Assembly (NCBI GenBank): GCA_043228905.1
Contig: JBHGNT010000001.1
Coordinates: 558,001 to 622,000 of the forward strand
Length of the DNA stretch: 64,000 bases
Direction: 5' to 3'
Source of the DNA: Azolla caroliniana
Lineage: Eukaryota; Plantae; Polypodiophyta
Below the pieces are notes generated by a model. The model searched no databases, had not been told where the DNA came from, and saw only the letters and a list, made by a program, of their open reading frames with translations. The first letter of the stretch is position 1; each line of letters opens with the position of its first letter. A program made the position numbers and the translations under genes. Below are positions 25,379 through 38,097 of the stretch, one piece after another.

Positions 25379-26613
25379 GTTGGGACTAAGCTTTCATGTT
25401 GCAAATCATGGTGTGCTTGAGTTCCTATGTATAATAATACATTCGCCATATTTGGTGGTATGGGTATTTGTATTTGTCCCTCATCCTTTGCTCATGGTTG
25501 GTTTGTATGGTTAAAAACCCATTATCGATTCATTTCCATGATTTTTTAATTACTTGTTTATCACCAAAATTAATCATAATAATAAATTATAGTTTAATAC
25601 ATCTCTTAACTTGCATGGATTATTTAGGTTTTTATTATTTTGTAAAAGAAGTTGTTTGTCCCCACACTTCACGTGAATGTGCATAACAAAGATATGATAT
25701 TGCCTTTGTCAAATATAAGAATGAACACTACCTCACAACACATGTTGACTTGTGCTTTACATGGCAAGGAAAACAATTGTGCTTGCCCGCGCTACCTCAA
25801 AATTCTAAATAACAATAGTATGCATGCCCCCACTCATTCATTTATGTCGTCACCTTGTGATGATAACTCAACAAATATATTTCTCATCTTAGTGTCAATG
25901 TTATTGTTATGATATAAAGAACACATAAAGTCTTGCTTGATAATATGTATATAAAAATCATAATTATCCAATAATTCCCATGAAGACAACTTGTTTTAGA
26001 AAATTGATGCAATAATCTCCCAATAGACAAATAATACAAGGCAAAAAAAGTGTCATGTGAAATGCGCCAAACATGAGGAAGCGAGAGATGAGAAATTAGT
26101 CGCAAGAAGATAATCAAAACAATAAACATATCTACATGGATATTCGAAAGGAAAGAAAATATAAATAGAAATTCCTACTTTATGTGAACATGAATAAGAT
26201 TGTAGTAGAAAATGAATGACGCATCATGTTGGTGTCAAGATTTCCAAAGCAGCATGACAAGACACCTTTTATGCATGATAGCATGCCCCCCCGGATGGGT
26301 CATGATCTATCAATTATGTGGGATTCTAATCCCAATAAGAAAAGCATAGTACATCCAAAAAATATGATAAAGTGTCGAGGAATGCAATGACTTGTTATTT
26401 CCATATTATGCATGATCTCCTCAAGTTTTGCACCATCGATGTCTTCCTAGAGAGACACAAAGTTCCAATTTCTAGGACCTCTACAATTCCTTTACCACTA
26501 TCATGACTTATGGAGTAAATGTTTCAACACATGGGGTCTACAAGACATGGTTAAAAACATTATTCTTTAAAAAAAAACATTATTCTTTATGTTAATGCCA
26601 TGCTGCCCATAAA

Positions 26614-27122
26614 TATCCTTTCTTTTATTTGGGCATGTAAGAAATGTATGGGTAAAAGTTTCTACCGTTGTCCCACACATATTTTTTAATCTATTGGCCT
26701 TCTAGTTTGTACATAAACCCTTTTTATAAAAGTGTGAAGTAATTATCAAATTTAGGTTTATATCAACCCCAAAATTGCTTGAATGTCATTCGTGAGTAGC
26801 CTAACTTGAATGCGATACTCCCCATAAATAATTCAATCGAAGTATTTGTGAAGTTTGAGGAGAGATTCAATTGAATTCCCTTCAAATGATTTGTTTCCAA
26901 GTGAACAATTTGCTATGCTAAAATCACGTATCCTTTCTTTTATTTGGGCGTGTGAGAAATTTATGGATAAAAGTTTCTACCGTTGTCCCACACATATTTT
27001 TTAATCTACTGGCATGCTAATTTGTACATAAACCCTTTTAAAAAAAGTGCTAAGTAATTGTCAATTTTAGGGTTATCTCAACCCCAAATTTGCTTGAATA
27101 TCATTAGTGCGTAGGCTAACTT
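26614..27122. repeat. Direct repeat of ~190 bp, period ~315 bp
   Basis: TATCCTTTCTTTTATTTGGGC..TAAAAGTTTCTACCGTTGTCCCACACATATTTTTTAATCTA..TTTGTACATAAACCC..CAACCCCAAA..TGCTTGAAT at 26614 and 26929. Confidence 0.9.
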
Positions 27123-27358
27123 CTACTCCCAATGGCATCATGCAAATCCACAATCTAAGGGATGGAAGGGTAAGGATGGGATTATGTTAAACATCTTAGT
27201 ACACCACATGTAGGTTAAAGGGTGATTTGAGTTTCTATGAATTGGTAAACATCACTCATACTTTAGAACACTGTGCTTCCAATGGGTCACTATCGAGTCC
27301 CATGGGGTCACATTCTTCGTGGTGGGCTAACTAAAGGATTGGGGTCATAATTCCCCAA

Positions 27359-27571
27359 TTTCGGATACAACTTCTGGTTTGAAGTGGAATTATGCCATAC
27401 CTTCTTTTATGTAACATAGCTGATAGTTATTGGTCCACTTGTTTCATATATGACATCATTTGTTTGATCAGATGATTAACTAGCCTTTTTATCACAATAG
27501 AAGTGAGATGAAATGTCTCCTTCAGTTTTCACTATGTACAATTCTCAAGTAATCTTTAAAAAAAAAACTCC
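27359..27571 (+). repeat. Dispersed repeat, copy 2 (first copy at 9312-9542)
   Basis: Colinear match to 9312-9542, ending in a TTTAAAAAAAA(A)CTCC tract. Confidence 0.9.
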
Positions 27572-27774
27572 CCAATTGTGAAGATTACATCATACTTCAA
27601 CACATAAAAGCACTTATCTCTCAAGTCCATGCAATCGTGGAAGCCCCAACGGCACATTAAGTTAAACTAAACTTGACACATGCCTAATCACTACATTGAT
27701 TAATAAATATGTTTATCTTAATTAAATAGTTTATTTCCACGGAGCATCGATATATTATGGACCGATCAAACCGG

Positions 27775-28442
27775 TGTCATAATATACTTCGTATACTACG
27801 TGAAATATACACGGAGTACCTGATTAACTAAGTATAAAGAAATAGGAGAAAACACTAAAATAATTATGTTACATGCATAAGGTAGGATTTGAACCATGTA
27901 CCTCCATAGTAACAATTCCAAGCCTTACCATTGTAGTAACACATTATAAGTAAAAAAATTATACAAAACTTTATCTCATGTAAATATTCTAGATAAGCAG
28001 ATAGAAAAACTTATCCATGCATACACACTCGAGTTAAATAGAATAAGCTAATCATGCACATGTAGTGTGCATGAACACTTGAGTTAAAGGAAAAGCATGA
28101 TGCTTGCATGTGGTAAACTTAGACTCTCCCATCACTATATAAGGGTGGGGAAACAAAATGTAAAGGTGGATTTTTTTGGGTTTCTAAATATTGATCTAAT
28201 ACATTATACACGGGTGTTTCACGATTTTTCTTCTATCTCTTTTCCAATCTATTGAAAAGTTAGGGTTGATTTCTTGGATTATAAATACTAATTATTCTAA
28301 TACACTATAATCGTGAAATTCACGAGATTCCTATCTTTCTCTTTCATATTCTTATTAGCCTTAAACTTCTCCTCCTCCTAGTCTAAAACCTCGGCGGTTT
28401 CCTCCCAACTCACACAACGATCCGACGCTGAAAGGCACGCCA
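27775..28442 (+). mobile_element. Solo LTR (668 bp) with CCGG target duplication, inserted into a LINE RT motif
   Basis: TGTCATAA...GGCACGCCA, with CCGG at 27771-27774 and 28443-28446. Removing it restores GAT CAA ACC GGT TTC ATG = DQTGFM of the LINE RT. A TATA-like CTATATAAG lies at ~28135. Confidence 0.78.
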
Positions 28443-30800
28443 CCGGTTTCATGGAGCATCGATCTATTATGGGCAACGTGATATTGTTTTGGGAGGTTGT
28501 TGCGACGAGGAGGGAGACCAAGCAAACTTAGCTTGTCTGATGCTTGACTTCGAGAAATCCTATGATAGAGTGCAATGGTATTTCCTTGAAGAAGTGATGA
28601 AGGTGATTGAGCTACCATGGGAATGGACGTGTGCTGCTCAAGTCTTATATAAGAATGGCTCAAGTAAGGTGTTGATTGCAGGGAGGAAATGAGCTAGAAT
28701 CTCTCTAGCTAGATCCATCATGCAAGGTTGTCCTCTCGCCCCCTTTTTATCCCTCTGTATTACTGAAGCAATGTTTGCCTTTTTGAATAGTCAGGTGGTA
28801 AATTTACATGGTCTTTCAATCCCTAACACACGGAAGTCCTTGCTCAACTCGGAGTTCGCGGACAATACGATGCTATACCTCCAAGTTAATGAAGTGAATA
28901 AGGGGAGGGCATAGATTGCTATCGATCACTTTTGCAAAGCATTGAGAGCCGCCATCAATTGGAATAAGTCCAAGGGTTTTTGGATTAGCTTGGAGGTAGG
29001 GCCGGTATGGAAACCAAATGTTGAATACAGATGGATTGCAAAAGGGTAAGGCACCAGATATCTGGGAATGTGGATTGGTGTAGATATCGACAAAAGATTA
29101 CAGTTGAAACAAATTCAAAGTAAAATTTGCGACAAAATCTGCATTTGGTCAAGGATGGATTTATCATTAGTTGGTAGGATCATAGAAACTAACCATGTGC
29201 TCTTGTTTATGATGTGGCATGTGGTCTCAGTGTGGATGTTTGACAAGCATGCTATTCGTATTGTTAAAGCGCGTATTAGGGGTTTTCTATGGGCTAGGAA
29301 TAGGAAAGACAATGCAACAACTAAAGTATCATGGTCTACGTTGATTCTTCCCAAAAGTAAGGGGGGTTTAGGATTGATTGACCCTGGAGTACAAAGTCGG
29401 TCATTGTTATGCAAGATATTGGTAAGGAGCTTGCTGCCTGGAAATAAGTTATGGAAAACGTTGATTTATAATAGGAGCATCCTTTGGAGTCCATGACTTG
29501 GTGGGGCGTTGGAAGCCGCATAAATCATGGCTATTTTGTATGGACTTAAAGCTTAGGAAATCTAATCGGTTGGCTGATCACACGTGTATGTTAGTGATGA
29601 AGGTGTGGGGTATGATCTGTGGGCATCTTAGTCGTATAGGTCCAAGTACTAATGTTGAATGGATGCACCAACCCCTATTGTGGAACAAGACCTTAAAGTC
29701 GACTCAGGGAATGATGCTTGGCTAGAGCAAGGGTATGTCATGGGCTATATTACATGGTGTTGGGATTCATTCAATGGCAGATTGGATGCAATTGTCCGCT
29801 AGTAATCGGGATAAATTATATGAAAATGTGGGAAAGTTCAGAAATGGCAGGAAGATGCTTGACCTAGTCGATCAAGTTGTTTACTATGTTCCTATTAGTA
29901 ATGGGGAAGAGGGTGAATGGTTCGGGAAATGTGATGATACTAGAAAAGTTATCAATGCCAAGGGTCTAGGAAATAATGGGAAGATCATCCATTTGGGATC
30001 AGTAGTTGCATGTGCTCGTTGGTTCCCGATTAGAATTGCGGCACGAGACGGTAAGAAATGGAAGGTGAATCCATCATTTACTGAGGTTGAGGATGATTGG
30101 ATCTTGTATGTAGTTGAAGGCAAGTCACTTGAGTGTTTTGAATGTGGAGGGGCGAACAAGATAAATCAAGAGGTTTCTTTGACTACTCAACTCGATTGGG
30201 GAGACAATTATGCTTGCATTGTGAGAAGTGTGCCAACAAATGGACCCATGCATTTGTCGATTTGGTCTTCATGGATAGAACTAGGAGCAGGATATGGAAC
30301 TCATCCCTCCTCGAGAGGGTCAAGGTGTTTTTTTGGTTAATCACCCATCGGGTTGTTCTAACTGGAGAGTGGCTGGGGAAAAGGGATGGCATGAGTAATT
30401 GCAAGGCCTGTGGAGCGAGTTTGGAGGACATCGCATATTGTTTGTGGAGTTGCCTGCGAGCCCAAGAAGTTTGGATGAGGAGCTTAAGAATTCTTGCTCG
30501 ATGTGGGATTGAAGTTCATGTATCAAATGCAATAGTTGTTTGGTTAGCCACTGAATCGGCTGTGTGGTTTCATGGGTGGAATGGAAATAGTCCTTCTTTA
30601 AAGGTGGTGCATGGAACTGTACAACCTTCAGCTCAAGGAGGTTCATTCTACATATAGGAACGATACATAGATATTTGGTTTTTAGTGGCTGGTCTTACTG
30701 TTTGGCAAGTGTGGGTAGGTGCAAGTAGTCATTTACTAGGAAGCAAACCCCATCGACTAAGTGTTTAATGATGATTTGGAGGGACCCTCTAACGTGAGTG
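28443..30800 (+). mobile_element. Decayed, 5'-truncated L1-clade LINE (RT plus C-terminal zinc-finger region)
   Basis: Motifs GFMEHRSIMGNVILFWE, LMLDFEKSYDRVQW, RSIMQGCPLAPFL, SEFADNTMLYL, YLG-like segment, PKSKGGLGLID and CKACGASLEDIAYCLWSCLRAQEVW. Broken by stops and frameshifts across ORFs 28489-30657. Confidence 0.92.
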
Positions 30801-32762
30801 AAGAAGCTAGATACCATTTCCTTCTAAAATGGAGAGAGGTTCTCTGATGCTGCAAATGGTGGAGGGCAATGCAAAGTGGTACCAAACACAGAGGTGGGTG
30901 CTGAAATGTGAAGAGATTGTAGGATGTCTTTGTTGAATGTGGGTTGTGTGAGGCTCATGTTGAGGGGATTCTGTAGAGTAATGTTATGATGAGGCTCATG
31001 CAGGAAAATGGCCTTCAAGGGGAGAGAATGAGGAGCAAAAGGTCGACATGCATTTGTGGCATCCAAAGACCTTTTTTACTTGAGAGCTATTGCCTTGTTA
31101 TATGATATGGAAACCTAACATATTCCATTCATATTCTAAGCTCATCAAAACCAATCTAATGCTACCTTATAAAGGATTCTTCCCCACATTTTACAATATG
31201 GTTGACTAGGGTAAAGGATGGAGTATCTTCCTCGCGTAGTTGAATTCTAGTTGTAATTGGTTTTACAACTTAGGTTCTTGATGCATAATTAGCCTTATGG
31301 CATTTTTAAGGACAATACATTATACTTTCATTGATCCTGTCATGTTTAGAGACCTATATGGTTAGCTTGGATGATGTTATCCTCTTAACCACATTTAACA
31401 CATGCTTCAAATGTAATATGATACCAAACAGAGTTATTGTCATAAAGCATTCATTTGTCCTTAATGTACTTTGACCCATCGGTGCAACCTATTTTGGCTT
31501 CAAATTTCCAAGATATCCTTAACAAGACTTGATTCCTAAGGAACAAATTGATGGTTGCTTGTTATAGAGGGCTTGGATGGATGTTTGGGAATCTATTATA
31601 TTGAAGGAAGAAAAAAAGCATAGAATTAATGAAGCATAATTCTAAAAATGGCAATGTTGACATAGTTATGAGAATCCAATTAGGAACCAAATTGTAAGGT
31701 AACTCGTGGATATTTAAGATTCTTATACCCCTTTGTGGAGTTTGGGAATAATATAATTCAGAATTCAAGTTTGGATGGTTCAAATTGCTCCCCCCCAACA
31801 TAGTTGATGTAGATTGGAGGGTTTCCAGCAAGGTAGGAAATATAGCAAGAGATAAGCATGTGATTTAGGATCACTATTCTATTAGTCAAGCTTGTTTTTC
31901 TATTTTACCATTGCTTGATTATCTATGCCTTGTCCATCCTAATATTTTCCAATGACCCATTTGCCCATCTCAAATTCATTGTGTCAATCATTAGATCCTT
32001 TTTTGGCTAAGTGTGACTCGAGATTAGTTAGCATAGTGAGACGTGTCTACGTTCTTTCTATGTTTTTTCCAAATGGCTAGGATTGTTCTCATTAACAACC
32101 ACAAGTCTTATGTCCACACCCACACCCATACAAACAATGGGTGACTCAAAACAAACAATCATGAGACCCAAAACCTTCCAAACATAGCTTAGACCTAGGC
32201 ATAAATCTATTACCCAAACAAACGATTTTAAGACCCAACATAGAATTAGTCCCATTGCCTTAGGCAATTAGTTTTGTGACCTTAACCCTGACCCAAGCGT
32301 AGACGTATACACATTGGCCGCACAAACAATTTTGAGATTGACATCCATACCCATTGCTTAACCAAACAATTTTAAGGGCGAGAATGAGACCTATTGACGA
32401 GATGAATGTTGAGAGGCAATGTAAGAAAGAAGAACGTGAAGAATTTTTGCAACTATGTTGTATGGGGAATCGGGATGTTGTTCCAAGAAGAGGTAGAGTT
32501 CTGTCATCTAGTATTACAACACTCCAGAGAGAGAGTTTACCTTGCCATATCACTCCGAAGGAAGTAGTGGAGATAAGAAGGGTTGTATTATCACCTAATT
32601 TTAATAACAAACATAGATTTACGAAAAGAAAGAAAGAAATGTGAAGAATCGAAGATAAACCCTCCCTGTTTGTTATTTGGTCGTTTTAGGATTTGAACTC
32701 GAGATCTGGTTAAAACCCAAAGCGAAAGCAAGAAAAGCAGCGACTCCTAGACACAAGGAGGG

Positions 32763-32766
<4 letters not shown>

Positions 32767-32804
<38 letters not shown>
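32767..32804. repeat. (AG)n microsatellite directly abutting a start codon
   Basis: The AG run ends at 32804 and the ATG is at 32805. Confidence 0.95.
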
Positions 32805-32807
<3 letters not shown>

Positions 32808-35352
32808 TTGGGTACAGTTGCGAAGAGACTCTTCTCATCCCAAGCAAAACCTCAAAATCGACCGACAAAGGTCATTGAAAATCTTCTCAAACAACATGGA
32901 CCTAAGACAGTTAACGAGTGTTGGAAGCTTGCAGAGGTAAGCAGAAAAAAATCTCTGCTTTTTTTTTTCCCCTTTGTAAAATCTTTCTCCCTCTCTTTTT
33001 CTTTTTTTTGGGTGCAATGAAAAGTTTAAAATTTCCGATCTCAATTTATGTATCTATCTGTGGGTGTATTATCTTGACGAAAGGAAATGGAGAAGTAGGG
33101 TATATCAGAATTTCAATATCTCATGATTGAGTCTAATGGAGACAATGTCATTAATTCTCTCTTGTGACATAGCAAGAATTATATGATGTCATAGAATCTT
33201 GCACTGAAGTCCAAGAGTTTCATGCGTAATTCCGAGAAAACAGATGAATAATTCTTTGAGCGTTGAACCAATTCCAAGAATAGCGTACATTCAGGATATC
33301 CTGCTCTAAACCTTGCCATGACTCTGTTTTCCACATGGATATCAGATGTCCTGAAATTTCTACCATGTTAAGGAGGACTGCTGACAAGTTCATTAAGTAA
33401 CCACGACTTTTCTTCTTGGAAAATTGTACATTTCCAAATTATTGCCTCACAAGATTGCCATTGTTTGGATTTTCCTCTAAAGTGTTGCATTAAGCAAATA
33501 GACATCTGATCCCCATTCGTTCCACCTGATTTTCTCTCATATAGAGTAGAAACTGATGGTATGATCCAGGTACAACCTTTGCATGTAATATGATCTTGTT
33601 TTTTTCCCTATATTCATTGGTCGATTTATTCTGGAATGCATGCAAAGTGTTGTCCCTCTTCAGTCTTTTAAGAGAACCTGAAATTAGCACAATATCATCT
33701 AAAAAGCGTTAATAGATGTAGAGTCACACTGGCAGAGTCCTTGTGGGTGAGAAAGTGGGTCATATAGGGATTTTGCATACCCATGCTAGACCTCAGATGG
33801 AGTAATGTAGGTGTTAAGTTGCTCTTCCTTAAACATCCCTCCACATGCGCTGGCTTATATATTTTTAAGTTGAGCTAACTATTTTAGTGTCTTTTTCCTC
33901 CCAAGCCAACAAAAACCCTACTCTTGCATGCTTATGGTGGGAATGTGTCTGTCCAAGGGCACCACTCCACCACTGTTTTCAAATAGTTTCAAGCATTATG
34001 ATTCTCATCTTCATGCAAAAATGACCTCATATATTGCACAACCATATGTAGGGATTCCTCTTGATTAAAATATTTTCAAGTAAAAGTGCTAAGCCCTTAA
34101 TTGATGTAGCACTCAATACTTGGAAGATGATTTTGTTATTATCTGTATAGAAGTTTGTCTCATTAGAATCTGAACTCAAATGGAGATTCAAGGTAAAGCA
34201 ATGGGTGTCACTGTAATCAAGATGAAATGCGTGTGATTTTGTAAGGACTTTTTAAAGGTGGGCCATTCAAAAGAACTGTTATGTATTTTTTTAGAATATT
34301 TCCGAAAGTTTACTAATTCGAATGGTAAGGCTAGAGCTTAGAAAAATGTATCAATGTACTCTACTGTCATTTATACACTCAGAGAGACTGACATTGTGTG
34401 TGTTTGCTAATACAATGATACACAAATGGCTATTTTCTGTTGCATTTGCATACCCTCATTGTACATCCTGAAAACTGTTTAGTGAAGACATCACAGCCCT
34501 GGTTTGCGTAGTACACTAAGAATACCATTGCACTTCAGCCATCGTTTTATATAGATCTGCTCACTTTAGAGCAGATATATGCTCAATAAGTAAAGATATC
34601 ACAATCTTACTCTATAACATCTAACAATGTCGTTTCACTTCAGCCATTGCTGTATATATATCTGCTCACTTTGGAGTACATGAAACTATATATACACTAT
34701 ATCATCTTTTTACTTTAATGCCAGTAAGGTGCTTTGCAAAATATTCTCTGTTTCCTCCACTTGTGTCTTCTGTTATTTGTTCTTGTCTATGCAGATCATA
34801 TCCACAAACAGCTTTTTTGTGATGCATTTGACATGAAAGACTGTAAGCAAGTAAAACTATCAAAATGAAACAACGAACTTTGGTCTAAGTTGGAATTGAT
34901 ATTGATGGGTTTGAAAATTGAGACTAAACAAGGAACTTTGGTCTACGTTGGAAGTGATATTGATGAGCTTGAGACTAAACAAAGAACTTTGGTCTAAGAT
35001 GGATATTATATCAACGAGAAATTTACTGACAACTTTTCTGTTTCTGGGTTCTTTTGGTAAAAACTAGCCAGCTGGAATCAAAAGCAAAACACATCTAAAA
35101 ACAATGCTACACTGGTTAGTAGACCGAGATCGAGTGTTGGTGAAATGTAATCATATAAAGCACTCATCAGCAAGTCATAAAAAGGGTGGCCAACCAAAAG
35201 GCAGAGGCAAAGAATTGAAGAGTGGCCAAGGTGCCAAAGAGTTCCTTTTTGGTATTAAACACAAGAGTGTCAAAAAAACAGAACAAGTTCTGGAATCAAA
35301 TAGTTTGGACGAGGTAGAGATTCAGACTGAAGCCACTTCTGTGTCTCTCTAA
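32805..35352 (+). CDS. Small mitochondrion-targeted basic protein, plant mitoribosomal mL80 (At1g73940/At5g49410)-like, 138 aa, 2 exons
   Basis: Exons 32805-32936 and 35068-35352 (GT-AG, phase 0). The N-terminus MLGTVAKRLFSS is presequence-like. The core LLKQHGPKTVNECWKLAEPAGIKSKTHLKTMLHWL..VKCNH..KEFLF resembles the HGPLT..W..G..SK.HMK..L.W..CN pattern I recall for this family. The gene model is solid; the family name is from memory. Confidence 0.75.
34876..35010. repeat. Three imperfect ~50-bp tandem units in the intron
   Basis: GAACTTTGGTCTA..TGGA..GATATT x3, with GAGACTAAACAA x2. Confidence 0.8.
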
Positions 35353-35952
35353 TTTGTGAAATGCATCAATAATTCAGACTCAAAGACTCTACATATACAG
35401 TTTTAAAGAAGTGATTTTGTATGACATAAAATTTCCCAACTTCTATTGTTGTCATATTCACCCTTATCTATACACTTGTTTGCTTATGTTCGGCTCGTCT
35501 TTCACTAAGCATGCTGCAAAGCTTTTTTATTGCCAGCATAATGAGTAGTTTTCTTTTACTGAACATAATGCAAAGGTCTATTCTCTAATAAGATGAAGGT
35601 TTTTTGATGTTTTTAGTCTAGTTACGGTAAACAAGAATGCAAGAAAGCATCAAGACCGACACTTCTTGATTTTATTTTTGGGGTTTTCCTGCATTAAACA
35701 TGAAGTCATTAAGCTTTCATCTCCGGCAAGGTTTCTTGAGCTAATCATATTTTTGGGAATTATTCCATCATGTTGCACTAGATATTTGCTATGGGTAAGA
35801 ATCAACCTCTATTTTTTATCCCTTCATATAGTGATGGGTTGGAGAACTATTTTTGAGCGAGTCAATTGAAGCTGCCTATGACTGATCTATTTTTTTATCA
35901 TTTGGTGAGGTGGACAAACACAATCTGTGATCAATGTTCAATCTATTTTTAA

Positions 35953-36193
35953 TGTAATCAGTGTACTAGAAGAATCTTCTTTTGGTAGTTGCATGTATTG
36001 TTTAAGTTGATGAAGGAACGCTCGTGACAGAAAATGGATTGTGTTTTCTTGTAGAAGTTGTTCCGGAAGTGAAAATGTATGTTGTAGCATGTACAAAAGT
36101 ACAATGTGATCAACTTAACAACATGCGATTCAGAATGCTCACATGAACATAATTCCATTGTTTTGTGTATGGACAACATTGACTGCCTAGACA
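35953..36193 (-). mobile_element. Candidate short solo LTR (241 bp)
   Basis: TGTAATCAGT...GCCTAGACA flanked by TTAA at 35949-35952 and 36194-36197. A short AT-rich flank like this could be chance. Confidence 0.4.
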
Positions 36194-38062
36194 TTAAGAG
36201 ACCCCTTTGTTCATCTAAACATCACTATTTCATTGAATATGCTTAGCATTTCGCAAGTCCTACGTCCCGCAACCTTTGTTAGGTGTACATGTTAATACAT
36301 CATCCTTGAATAGGATTACGATTAGTAAATTATCATCTTTAGCTCGTTTTGTGTAGAGACATGCATCTTTATCGTATCAAGAAGTTGTTGGAGTGCATGA
36401 TGGTGTGTTGAACTTAAGGTGGCATTCTTGGGACACAAGCTTGAGCACGTAAACATTGTTCTTCAACTTGCATGCAAGAAATCTTGCTTTTCAAGAATGA
36501 TAAAATATGTAGGTTTTTTGCATATAAATATCAGAGATCACTATGATTATCCTTATAACGTGGATTTTTCATCCGGCATTGTTCAAGTCCCATATAATGA
36601 ATGATTGGCAAGTGCAAAATCACATCCGACAAAACAAAAAACATTATCAAAGTCTACATCGTGTTGTTTAAAACCTGTACCACAAAGGTGAGCCTTGTCT
36701 TTAGCTTTTGCATATGGTGATATCTTCAAGTAGAAAATCCATTTGCAAAGAAGGGCCTTGCCTTAATAACACATATCTCTCACTTAAAACCCATAACCAT
36801 TCTGATTTTACCATGTCTTCTGTCTTCATACCTTTCATTTGTCAATTTGTTTTAGGATATTATTGTGTTCAATTATATGAAACCCCATGATCGTAAATGT
36901 CCAATAAACTTTTGGTATTGATTACATACGAACAACCAATACATACCATATTGTTGATCCACAAAGTACATGTGGAGATTCATAACTATTCTTTTATAAG
37001 CTTACTCACTTTGGCAATTCCTTCCACTACTAGCCAAAATGAGGCATGCCATCTAATATGAGTTGTTGGCAATCATATAGTGAAATTCATTGAAGCATTA
37101 TCTTACTTTGCATGATTGGAATAAGTTTCCTACCTTGAGGCATTTAACTTTATTTGTAACTGAGTTGTCGTGATATTCTTCATTATCATGGTCACTTTCC
37201 ACACTCTTCATGGTGGTGTCAAGGTTATGAATCACATTCAACATTTAGATCTAGACTCTTGGAAACTTACCCACTCTATTTAATAATAGCAAGTCTTCAT
37301 GGGCATCTGGCTCTAATGTAGGGACTTGACCTTCAACGCTTCTATGGGTAGAAGAAGTGATCCCTTTGAGGTGCTCAATACAAGGAAATTTGGAGAGAAC
37401 GTAATTATCCGTGGACTTCTAGGAGCTAGTTCTTTTGATGACTGGAACATTTTTTGGATAGTGTGTTATTGCAAAGTATTCGAACAACCAAGACAAGTAA
37501 TGAATTTGCACTTCAGTTTAAGGGTTGCTTTGGCTTAAAACTTGGCAAAAAATGTAGAACAATTTACAAAATCCTAACGTCCAATCAATGAGGTAAAACA
37601 ACTTATTGTAATTGATTGGATGTGCTTGGGCTTGAGTTCTACACACTTCATTTTCTTTGTAGTAGTTGGGCTATCCTTTTTTGATTATCTAGCCTCAACA
37701 TGCTTGTCCTACATTGTGTGCGAGACCAATGGTATTGTGCCAAATCAACAAGGGCCGTCGTTCGAGCTCTCGGTCGAATGGAATGGGGACAGATATACAC
37801 ACATTCATATGCTTGAGGGGTTTCATGTGCAGTCGAGGTAACTCTGCGCTTTTGTGGGGCCACATCTAGGCATAATCAATCTACTCCTATTAGTAGGTAC
37901 CACATCAACATGGGAGAAAACACTTTGTCCCCTCTCGTATTCTGAAAATTCCCAAATTACCCCTCCGTATTTTGGAAATTCCTGATATACCCCCCTCTCC
38001 CTCACTTCGTCTTTTACACAGCTGTCTCTCTGTCGCTGCTCTCTGCACGTAGTTCAGTGAAA

Positions 38063-38072
38063 ATTAGGGTTT
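38063..38072 (+). promoter_or_regulatory. Telo-box (ATTAGGGTTT) in the LFR 5' leader
   Basis: Exact motif ~25 bp upstream of the ATG at 38098. Function is inferred. Confidence 0.45.
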
Positions 38073-38097
38073 GGGTTCGGATTTGGATTTGTGTCTG

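Noticed and set aside
27881-27945. tRNA gene
   Set aside because: It has A/B-box-like motifs but no convincing acceptor or anticodon stems. Kept only as a tRNA-like segment in the findings.
31200-31830. Possible DNA-transposon coding debris
   Set aside because: Only vague similarity; cannot be supported without a search.
36300-37300. Possible minus-strand hAT (DUF659-type) transposase remnant
   Set aside because: Motif matches are too weak to call.
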